DNA from: Roseibacillus sp.
GTDB taxonomy: Bacteria; Verrucomicrobiota; Verrucomicrobiia; Verrucomicrobiales; Akkermansiaceae
Direction: 5' to 3'
Length of the DNA stretch: 28,047 nucleotides
Assembly: GCA_965242925.1 (NCBI GenBank)
Contig: CBDEUM010000020.1
Coordinates: 1 to 28,047, forward strand
The notes below the pieces were generated by a model, which made no database searches, was not told where the DNA came from, and saw only the letters and a program-made list of their open reading frames with translations. Below, in pieces: positions 9,072-17,600 of the stretch (positions are counted from its first letter, which is position 1; each line of letters begins with the position of its first letter). The position numbers were made by a program, and so were the translations under genes.

Positions 9072-10256
9072 TCATTGCGGGAATAACCGTGGCGTTTTAT
9101 CCCCATCCGGAAGGGACTCGAACGCTGCTCGCAGGGGGATGTCCCGGGATTGTCTCTGAACAGGGTTGTAGCGCGGATAGATCCCCTCAAATACTCCTCG
9201 TAAGGACAAGGGTCCGGGATTTGATTCACTGTAGGTGAGAACGACTTCGAGTTCACCACCGTAGGTAAAGTCGCCTGGACCCTCGTCGGTCAGGCGCACC
9301 TTCCCGCGGAGCAGAGCATAGCGCATTTTTCCATCTGAACCCGCTGGTTTTATTGTCAGGTCGCCCTCGATTCTGTCGATCTGGTAGACCTTTTTGGTTT
9401 GCTGACTCGTGCGCTCCATTACTCCCGGCGGGTAGACCTGGGAGAGCCATTTTGTCAGAGCAGCAGCTTCTACCCTGCGCTTTTTGTGCGGATAATTAAG
9501 CGTCTTCCAGTCTTTTTTGTTGAGCGCAACAACCTCAACAACCGGCGCGCGGTAGGCGATCATGCGTTCTTCCAGCAGGCGCACGAAAATACGAATACCT
9601 GACTGTTCCAGATCCGGTAGTTTTAAGGGATGCTCTGCGGTTGGTGCGTGGGAAAGGTCCAGAGCAGGGATCGCCTGCTTTAGTCCTCTAACGGTATAGT
9701 CCCCGAGGGATTCGTGCTTTTGTCCTTGTCCTCCATCCGGGACCCGCCGGGGCCCCATCCGGCGAAAAGCGTCAAACCAGTGTACCAGGTTGCCTTCCGA
9801 GTCGAGAATGGCCAGATCCACGTTGCTTTGCTTTCCACCGAAACCCCGTCCCCTGAATTTCCTCTGCCAGACCTCTCTTACCGGGTCAGGAATATTCGGG
9901 TCATTGCGATGCCCGTGCCAGGAAGCAGCAATGAAAGGTCGCAACATGCGAACCACCTTCGGGTCTATGAGCGAGGCCCCCCGGACCTGCGTGGCGGTCG
10001 CTCAGCAGTGCCCGGAGGAGAGATCCCCGTATTGGGCATGGATGATCACCAGAAATACAGGGCGCTTTTCGCGAAGCGCCCTTTTCTGAGCCTCCTGCAG
10101 CGAGGAGGCCCAGTCGATCTGGTACATGGCAAGATCGTCTTTTCCGGGACGAAAGGCCTTGTAACGATCAAGAACGGCTCCTACTTCCGGGACTTGGGCC
10201 GGAGCGATGGCCACAGGCATCAATAATAATGCAAACACAATGCAGAGGCCTCTCAT
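9072..10256 (-). CDS. Candidate secreted selenoprotein with a thioredoxin-like fold and Cys-Sec motif (GHCU), SelN-like; 394 aa with TGA at codon 85 read as Sec
   Basis: ORFs 10002-10547 and 9072-9956 are in the same frame, separated only by TGA at 10004-10002. Read-through gives ...DWASSLQEAQKRALREKRPVFLVIIHAQYGDLSSGHC-U-ATATQVRGASLIDPKVVRMLRPFIAASW..., a continuous Trx-like pattern. Signal peptide MRGLCIVFALLLMPVAIAPA starts at ATG 10256, and a hairpin lies directly 3' of the TGA. Confidence 0.8.
9968..10004 (-). promoter_or_regulatory. Putative bacterial SECIS hairpin of the SelN-like gene
   Basis: Minus strand TGAGCGA-CCGCCACGCAGGTCCGGGGGGCC-TCGCTCA: a perfect 7-bp inverted repeat that includes the UGA. 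The inner segment can form a bulged stem with a CAGGUC loop, or alternatively AGGUCC/GGGCCU. Folded by eye. Confidence 0.6.
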
Positions 10257-10440
10257 GGCGTATTTGTCCATTCGTTCCGGGCGCGCAAGATGTCGTCCTA
10301 CAACCCTGTGCCTATTCCCTGAATAATTGAATAGAGCACCCAACTTCACCCTCGCAACGGAGAGCCTGGCCAGAGTCCCGCAGATACCGGGGCAGGCAGG
10401 CTGGCAATAATCCCTGCTGGGACTCATCCCCTGAAGCGTT

Positions 10441-13400
10441 CTACGGCGCCGCCGCGATAACTCTGACGTCATCAATGGATAATCCACTGAAAGAATCCAC
10501 GCTACCGTCACTGACGAAGTTCCATTCCACGAGAATCGTCTCTCCAAGAGCCCCGGCCGCGACGGGAATGGTGATGGTGAGATAGTCCGTGTCGAACACG
10601 CTCATGTCGATGGCGACATCCACTCCAAGCTGCACGTTGTCGACAGCACGAAGGAAACGCACCACCGCTGTGTCCCCGAAGCCATCCGCATCCCGGAAAG
10701 CGGCGAAGGAAAGCTCCGCGCCACTCACTCCAGTCAGGTCGATTGCAGGAGAACGAAGGGAGATATCAGAGTCGGAGAAATAGTCACCTAGGCCGGTGCA
10801 CCAGGCATTGGCAGATCCATCGGCCCCTTCGATCGGACCGGTGGAGCCATTAGGTGTCCCAAACTCCCACTGCGTATTCCCGTTGGCATCGTTCACCACC
10901 GTGGTCCACCCCCCCGTCCCTGACTCGAGATCGTCAAAGAAAAGAGGGGGAGCATTCTTCTCCCGGATTGCAACGAATCCCTTGCCCGGGAATGGCAGGG
11001 CGATGTCCAGCGTATTGGTGCCTGAGAGATCCGCGGGAATATTCTGCGCGTCCGCCAGACCGTCCCATGACTCCCTTGGCGAGGAAAGGTCCGCGTTGAT
11101 CAGAACGTCATAGACCTTCCCCGGCGTACTCGCCCAGGTGAGACGAAGCATGGTGGAGTCGAGCGGAGAATGGTCGACAGCCAGCTTGAGTTCGTCCCCG
11201 CCACTCCCGGAGGACACCTCAATCGAAAAGCCATAGGTCCGGGGAAGGTTGGCATGCCCGAAGCTGTCGAGGGTGTTTCCGATTACACCCGCCTCGTCAA
11301 CGTTGCCGCTGTTGGCATGGTCGGTAATACCGAAGCTGGTGTTGGTAATAATGCTGTTGGTCACTCCGAGAGCGTTGGTATTCTGAATTCCCGCCGCCAC
11401 TGTCGCTCCACCTTCCGGAATAGTGAAGACCGCCTCTTCCCCTCCGAAGGGAACCGCCCACTGAATGCCCGGTTCGGTGTCAATCGTCTCACCCACTGCC
11501 ACCACTGTGTGATTGGCAGGACCGTTCATAATGGTGAGGAAAGGAAAGACCGGCTGCGTAACACCGGCCATACCAGAGTCCGGAGCCGCATTGTAATTCC
11601 AGCTCCTGGCCTGGTAGGTCCCGGCCTCCAGAAACACCGTATCGGTGATATTGATGTTCTGCCGCATTTGGTTGTTACCGTTGGACTGGGTGTCCGTAAC
11701 CCCGGTCAGTTCCGGTCCGTAACCAATTGTGATGTAGCCGGGGCTGTTCGGGTCATTCGGATTGCTGCCCGATGCCACTTCGTCACCGTCCGGACGTCCG
11801 TCGCCGTCACTATCCGGATTCAGAGGATCCGTGCCGAGGGTGTCCTCCATCCCGTCAGAGAGGCCGTCATCGTCGCTGTCCGGATTGCCCGGATCGGTTC
11901 CGTTTGCAATCTCATCCGGGTCACTGATGCCATCATCATCGGAATCAGCCTCGGTGGGGTTGGTCCCGGCATTGTATTCCTCCAGGTCGGTGAGCCCGTC
12001 GTCATCGAAGTCGCCGGGGCCGAGCTGGCTCAGGTCCCCGGGGAAGTACTGCTCCTCGTAGCCGTCGGGGATGCTGTCGCCGTCACTGTCGATATTGGGA
12101 TCGAAGCTGTCGAGGTAGGCCCCCCAGCTCTGGCCGGCGCCGTCGGCGTCAAAGACCGCGGGAGCTCCGCTGCTGATTCCGAAGGCGCCGGCATAGCCGA
12201 TGCCGCCGAAGTCGGCGGTGTTGGAGGAGTTGCCATTGAAGTAGCCAAATCCGATGTCAGCGGCGGACTGGGCGCCGCCCCCGTCCTCGCTGAGCCAGAT
12301 ATCAACGTTGAACCAGCCGCCCCCGCCGAAATTGAAGTTGGCAAAAGTGCGGGCGTTCCAGCTCACATCGGTGTGCTGGGCGGACGCGCCGGTGGCATTC
12401 AGGTTACCGGAGCCGCCGATCGGGGTGGCTACGATCTTGACGCGATCGTCGTAGTTCTCGGTGAAGGAGAAAGTGCCGTCAGCATCATAGAACTGGAAGA
12501 TGAAGGCGAGGTCGTGGTTGTCCCCGGTGAGGTCGATGCCCCCGTTGCCCGGTTCCCGGTCCACATCAAGGGCGGAGATGAGACTGGAGTCGGGGTCGTC
12601 CGGATCCCCGAAGGGGGCGGCCTGATCGGCATTTTCGGGCAACGCCCCGGTGAAATCCGCTCCGGGCAGATTGTCGGTGCGGCGGTAGAGAATCCTTTCC
12701 GGATTGTGGGATGCCAGATCGATCTCCGGACGGGAATTGGGATCGGTGGGATCGAATCCGCCTGCAACCTCGATCCCGTCAGGGATCAAATCGTCGTCAC
12801 TGTCGGGGTCCAGGGGATCGGTGCCGGTGTTGTTGGCGTCAACGAATACACCGGTGCCAGTTTCCACTCCGTCAAGCAGGCCGTCGCCGTCGCTGTCAGG
12901 GTTGCCCGGTTCTGTGCCACCGGCGACTTCCGATCCATCGTTCACACCGTCTCCATCACTATCAGGGTCTTGTGGGTCAGTATCGCGCTCGAACTCCTCC
13001 GCATTGTTCAACCCGTCACTGTCGGGATCTCCGAGGGCTCCGTTAGGCCCGTCCCCGGCACCCGGAGCACTCTCTCCCGCTGTCCCGTCATCGTTATCGT
13101 CCAGGCCATTACCATCTTCCCAGTTGGCGGGAAGGCCGTCCCCGTCCTCGTCGGCCACAACCGCATCCTCCACCTCAATCGCGAAAGCGTAGGTGCGGGG
13201 AAGGTTGGCGTGGCCGAAGCTGTCGAGGGTGTTTCCGACTCCGCCCGCCTCGTCAAAGTTGCCGCTGTTGGCGTGGTCGGTAATACCGAAACTCGTATCG
13301 GTAAGGATGCTGTTCTGGACGCCGGTGGCATTGGTGTTCTGGACACCTGCCGCCACTGTCGCTCCCCCTATTGGAATAGTGAAGGTGTCGTCCGCCCCTC

Positions 13401-13755
13401 CAAAGGGCACCTCGGTCTGCACGCCGGGCTCCGTATCAATGGTATCACCGAAGGCCAGGACCGTGTGATTGGCCGGGCCATTGACGATCGTGAGAAAGGG
13501 GAAGACCGGTTGCGTCACACCCTGTGTAGCCGAGTCCGGAGCCGCATTGTATTCCCAGCTCGCGGCACGGTAGGTCCCCTCCGGAAGGAAGACCGTATCG
13601 GTGATGTTGATGTTCTGGCGCATCTGGTTGTTACCGTTGGACTGGGTGTCCTGGACGCCGTTGAGCGCGGTTCCGAAGCCTATCTTGATCGCGCCCGCGT
13701 CGCTCACTAGTGCGACGACGAGACAGGTGGTGAGGAGGGATTGTTTCTTAGACAT
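10441..13755 (-). CDS. Large secreted surface/adhesin-like protein (1104 aa): signal peptide, unknown domain copy 1, DxDxDG Ca-binding (bacterial TSP3-like) repeats, PA14-like domain, more repeats, unknown domain copy 2, C-terminal beta-rich domains
   Basis: Signal peptide MSKKQSLLTTCLVVALVSDAGA; many DSDxDG..D..E...GTDP repeats; internally repeated domain; C-terminal FFDDLESG..GW...W..G.P...SL.SP.IDL...GL.IDDV pattern seen in secreted proteins. Confidence 0.88.
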   Translation of the reverse strand: MSKKQSLLTTCLVVALVSDAGAIKIGFGTALNGVQDTQSNGNNQMRQNINITDTVFLPEGTYRAASWEYNAAPDSATQGVTQPVFPFLTIVNGPANHTVLAFGDTIDTEPGVQTEVPFGGADDTFTIPIGGATVAAGVQNTNATGVQNSILTDTSFGITDHANSGNFDEAGGVGNTLDSFGHANLPRTYAFAIEVEDAVVADEDGDGLPANWEDGNGLDDNDDGTAGESAPGAGDGPNGALGDPDSDGLNNAEEFERDTDPQDPDSDGDGVNDGSEVAGGTEPGNPDSDGDGLLDGVETGTGVFVDANNTGTDPLDPDSDDDLIPDGIEVAGGFDPTDPNSRPEIDLASHNPERILYRRTDNLPGADFTGALPENADQAAPFGDPDDPDSSLISALDVDREPGNGGIDLTGDNHDLAFIFQFYDADGTFSFTENYDDRVKIVATPIGGSGNLNATGASAQHTDVSWNARTFANFNFGGGGWFNVDIWLSEDGGGAQSAADIGFGYFNGNSSNTADFGGIGYAGAFGISSGAPAVFDADGAGQSWGAYLDSFDPNIDSDGDSIPDGYEEQYFPGDLSQLGPGDFDDDGLTDLEEYNAGTNPTEADSDDDGISDPDEIANGTDPGNPDSDDDGLSDGMEDTLGTDPLNPDSDGDGRPDGDEVASGSNPNDPNSPGYITIGYGPELTGVTDTQSNGNNQMRQNINITDTVFLEAGTYQARSWNYNAAPDSGMAGVTQPVFPFLTIMNGPANHTVVAVGETIDTEPGIQWAVPFGGEEAVFTIPEGGATVAAGIQNTNALGVTNSIITNTSFGITDHANSGNVDEAGVIGNTLDSFGHANLPRTYGFSIEVSSGSGGDELKLAVDHSPLDSTMLRLTWASTPGKVYDVLINADLSSPRESWDGLADAQNIPADLSGTNTLDIALPFPGKGFVAIREKNAPPLFFDDLESGTGGWTTVVNDANGNTQWEFGTPNGSTGPIEGADGSANAWCTGLGDYFSDSDISLRSPAIDLTGVSGAELSFAAFRDADGFGDTAVVRFLRAVDNVQLGVDVAIDMSVFDTDYLTITIPVAAGALGETILVEWNFVSDGSVDSFSGLSIDDVRVIAAAP
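11212..11735 (-). repeat. Second copy of the repeated domain in the large protein
   Basis: ITIGYGPELTGVTDTQSNGNNQMRQNINITDTV...FGHANLPRTYGFSIEV; boundaries approximate. Confidence 0.9.
13165..13690 (-). repeat. Copy of the ~170-aa repeated domain (N-terminal copy in the large protein)
   Basis: IKIGFGTALNGVQDTQSNGNNQMRQNINITDTV...FGHANLPRTYAFAIEV matches copies at ~11212-11735 and ~13960-14477; boundaries approximate. Confidence 0.9.
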
Positions 13756-13814
13756 GGAGCAATAAGGTCATCACAGAAAGCGCTGGCAAAACCGGATTTC
13801 TGACAGGTTGAATG

Positions 13815-13846
13815 AAAAAGGGGCGACCACTGATCTGGCCACCCCT
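13815..13846 (-). terminator. Rho-independent terminator downstream of the PEP-CTERM gene
   Basis: Minus strand AGGGGTGGCCA-GATCAG-TGGTCGCCCCT-TTTT: 11-bp stem (two G-U pairs), 6-nt loop and short U tract, about 40 nt after the stop at 13887. Confidence 0.7.
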
Positions 13847-13886
13847 GGAATGAAATCGATGTTGTTTCCTGTGCGATCGCCGACTT

Positions 13887-14540
13887 TTACCGGCGGCGGC
13901 GCAGCAGGAAGAATCCACTGAAACCGAGGAGCGCAAGACCGGAAGGCTCGGGGATCAAGTCAACCTCGACCGAAAAGGCATAGGTGCGGGGAAGGTTGGC
14001 GTGCCCGAAGCTATCGAGAGTGTTTCCGACTCCGCCCGCCTCGTCAAAGTTGCCGCTGTTGGCGTGGTCGGTAATACCGAAGCTCGTATCGGTCAGGATG
14101 CTGTTCTGGACGCCGGTCGCATTGGTGTTCTGGACTCCTGCCGCAATCGTTGTTGCCTGGGTGAGGGTGAAGACATTGTTCGCCCCACCAAAGGCCACCC
14201 CACTCTGGATGCCCGGCTCGGTATCGATCGTCGACCCGTATGCAAGCACCGTGTGATTAGCAGGACCGTTCACGGCGGTAAGGAAGGGGAAGACCGGTTG
14301 CGTGACGCTACCATTCCCGGAGTCTGCCCCGGCAAGGTAATCCCATGACGTAGCCTGATAGGTTCCAGGCTGAAGCACTACCGTGTTGGTAATGTTGATG
14401 TTCTGGCGCATCTGGTTGTTGCCGTTGGATTGGGTGTCCTGGACGCCGTTCAATCCGGTTCCGAAACCGATCGTAACAGCTCCAGCGCTCCCAGCGAGAA
14501 CGACGGTAAAACAAGTGCTGAGCAGGGTATGAATTCTCAT
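13887..14540 (-). CDS. PEP-CTERM sorting domain protein made of one copy of the repeated domain
   Basis: Signal peptide MRIHTLLSTCFTVVLAGSAGA; C-terminal IPEPSGLALLGFSGFFLLRRRR is a canonical PEP-CTERM (exosortase target) signal. Confidence 0.95.
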   Translation of the reverse strand: MRIHTLLSTCFTVVLAGSAGAVTIGFGTGLNGVQDTQSNGNNQMRQNINITNTVVLQPGTYQATSWDYLAGADSGNGSVTQPVFPFLTAVNGPANHTVLAYGSTIDTEPGIQSGVAFGGANNVFTLTQATTIAAGVQNTNATGVQNSILTDTSFGITDHANSGNFDEAGGVGNTLDSFGHANLPRTYAFSVEVDLIPEPSGLALLGFSGFFLLRRRR

Positions 14541-14670
14541 AAAAGTAACGGGTGCTTCCTCTGAAAAAAAACCAGTTTAAAGACCCAGGGTAAAGCATTT
14601 TCTTCGTGCAAAAGATCCCTGCATCCCGCCATAACTGCCTCCACGTTCCGATTTTTGCCCTTCCTCCGGG

Positions 14671-17600
14671 ATGAACCGATTTGCCCCCACTGCCCTCGCC
14701 CTGCCCCTCTTGCTCTCCGCATGCCGGGATTCAGGGCAGAATACGGCCTCCCCCGTGCAAAACGGCGCCCCCGACGAGCTGCTTCAAGTCATTGTTCATC
14801 CGACCATCCGGCCCGAGCGACCGTCACTCATGCAAACTTCGGCGCTCCTGACAAAAAATACTTCGGAACTGCCTATTACTAAGGCAACCGCCCGGCACAC
14901 CGCTGCCGACCGGGAAGCGGCCAATTTGAGTGCCGAGGCAGCCGGATGGCACTCCGAGACCCGCGCCAGCCTTGCAATGCGACAATTGGGCAAACTGGCT
15001 GACAGCACGACCGAAGGCGCCCTCGCGACCCTGCTCGCGACTGACTTCTCGTGCCCCTCCCTGATCCCCGCCGATCTTGAAGAGATCACACTGCCCGGTG
15101 GAATCCGCATCATCAGGGGCACCAACTTCCAAGCAACGGCAGAGGGCCTCTTCTCCGAACTCTCCCGACTGCGTAAGCGCATCAGCAGTGGAGATCAGTC
15201 GGCGCTCCGCTTCAAACCGGTGGGGATTGAAACCGATGCTACCGGAGAGAACTTCACCACCGAAGTCCTGGTCGAAGTGGTGGCCCTGGAGAGTGCGTCC
15301 CAGATCGATGCCTCCTGGCGTTGTTCATGGACTGGGGAGGAAGAACCAAGGCTGACCAACCTCACCGTGACCGGGTTCCGCGAGGTGCACGCGCCGAATC
15401 CTCTCTTCGCGGATGCCACCCGGAGCGCCTTTCGCCAAACTCCCTCTTTCGCGCAGCAGATGATGTCCGGGATCGGATCCTGGTCTCAGCACCTGACGAG
15501 GGTTGATGACATGGCGCTCACCGGCCACCATGGAGTGGCGGTGGGCGACATCAACGGGGATGGCCGCGACGACCTCTATGCCTGCGACGGTGGCGGCCTG
15601 CCCAATCGCCTCTATGTTCAGCAGGCCGACGGCACCGTCCGCGACCGCTCCGCAGAAGCGCAGGTCGACTTCCTGGAAGACACCCGCAGTGCACTGATCA
15701 TCGATCTGGACAACGATGGTGACCAGGACCTGGTCGTGGGCACCGTTGCCCTGGTTCTCTTCCTGGAAAATGACGGCACAGGAGTGTTTGCCCTGCGCGG
15801 GGGCCACCCGGGCTCGCCCGGTCCCTACTCCATGGCGGCTGCCGACTACGACAATGACGGTGACCTCGACGTCTACGTGACCGGTTACGGCCAGCACCGT
15901 GATGGCGGGGGAGGCCGGGGCTTCGAGGCCAGCGCTCCCATCCCCTACCACGACGCCAACAACGGCGGACGCAACCTCCTCCTCGCCAATCATGGACAGT
16001 TTCGTTTCTCCGACGTGACTGCCCGGACCGGGCTCGATCAAAACAACACCCGCTGGTCCTTCGCCGCGGCCTGGGAGGACTATGATCGCGATGGGGACAG
16101 TGATCTCTACGTGGTCAATGACTTCGGGAGAAACAACCTTTACCGCAACGAGGGTGGCACCTTCCGCGACATCGCAGCCGAGGCAGGGGTGGAAGATATG
16201 GCGGGAGGAATGTCGGCGGGTTGGGGCGACGCCAACGGAGATGGCAAACCGGATCTCTACGTCGGCAACATGTTCTCGGCGGCCGGCAACCGCGTCACCT
16301 ACCAGCGCCGCTTCCAGGATGCTCGCACTGCTGGTGACAGCACCGCCCTGCAACGCATGGCCCGGGGAAACAGTCTCTTCCATCAGGAAGCGGACGGGAC
16401 CTTCCGGGACGTCAGCGAGGACTCCGGGGTCACCATGGGGCGCTGGGCGTGGAGCTCCGGATTTGTCGATCTGAACAATGACGGCTGGCAGGATCTGGTA
16501 GTCAGCAACGGCTACCTTTCCAGCCCCAGCACCGAAGATCTCTGAAGTTTCTTCTGGCGGCAGGTCGTGTCGCCCTCCCCGGTCAACGCACAGGACCAAA
16601 AGAGTATTGAACGCTACACCGCCTCCTGGGCCGCCCTCATGCAGCAGGTCCGCAGGGGAGCCTCCTGGAGTGGATACGAACGCAACTGCTCCTTCCTCAA
16701 CACCGGCGGCAGGTTTGTGGGTGCCTCGCATGTGAGTGGCCTCGATTTCCCGGATGACGGACGCGGACTGGCCGTCACGGACTGGGACCAGGACGGCGAC
16801 CTGGACCTCTGGTTCAGCAATCGCACCGCTCCACGCCTGCGCCTCATGCTCAATCAATCCTCCCGGCAACGCCCCGCGCAGCATATCGCCTTCCGGCTCG
16901 TGGGAAGCGAGTGCAACCGCGATGCGATTGGAGCGGTGGTCGAACTACACCTGGAGGACTCGGGGGGACCGGCCCCGCGTCTGGTGCGTTCCGTCCGTGC
17001 CGGAGACCTCTTCCTCTCGCAGTCGAGCAAGTGGATTCATTTCGGAGTGCCCGAAAACGCCACCGTGGCGTCCGTTTCGGTCCTCTGGCCCGGTGGGTCG
17101 CGCAGCAGCTGTTCCGATATCACCGTCGGTCAGCGATATCTCCTTTGCCAGGGAGAGCCTTCCGCTCTACAGGAATCCGGCCGTCATCCCCGCCGGGTGA
17201 GCCTGGATACCGCCCCGCTGGCCACTGTCAACACATCCCCCGGGCAGGTCTCGCTGGTCCTGCCCGCCCCCATCCGGTTGCCCCTCTCCTCCTACCACCA
17301 CTCCAGTGGTTCCGAAGTTGCCCTCCCTCTCGCGGAAACAGCCCGCCTCATCCTCTTCTGGTCAGCCCACTGTCCTCACTGCCACGAGGAACTCAAACGC
17401 CTGGCCGCGAATCCTCCCGGGGTGAACGTCCTGGCCCTCTGTGTCGACGGTAGGACCAAGCCCGCTCGCGAGGTCGCCCGGTCGACCCTTTCCGGGGTCG
17501 GCTACACCGCTTCGTGGGGAATGGTGGGAGCTGCCGAACTCGAACGCTTGCACCTTCTTCAGGAGTCCCTCTTCGATTCCACTCCCCCTTTTGCCGTTCC

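Noticed and set aside
10257..10547. N-terminal extension of the SelN-like gene given by the ORF track
   Set aside because: It overlaps the end of the large gene and looks non-coding; a clear signal peptide begins at ATG 10256.
11740..13160. CRISPR-like or non-coding tandem repeats
   Set aside because: These are degenerate coding DxDxDG Ca-binding repeats, with no constant repeat-spacer period and no cas genes.
11170..13710. 846-aa ORF on the plus strand
   Set aside because: Antisense shadow of the 1104-aa Asp/Gly-rich gene; its Val/Arg/Gly-rich low-information sequence has no motifs.
11212..14477. Diversity-generating retroelement (TR/VR pair) suggested by the near-identical repeats
   Set aside because: No reverse transcriptase in the window; all copies are coding; mismatches in the closest pair are synonymous and not adenine-specific.
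14541..14670. Sigma-54 promoter for the PEP-CTERM gene, prompted by the NtrC-type regulator in the window
   Set aside because: No correctly spaced GG-N10-GC element in a TGGCAC...TTGC context was found by eye.
15325..16884. 519-aa ORF on the minus strand
   Set aside because: Antisense shadow of the FG-GAP gene; no recognisable motifs.
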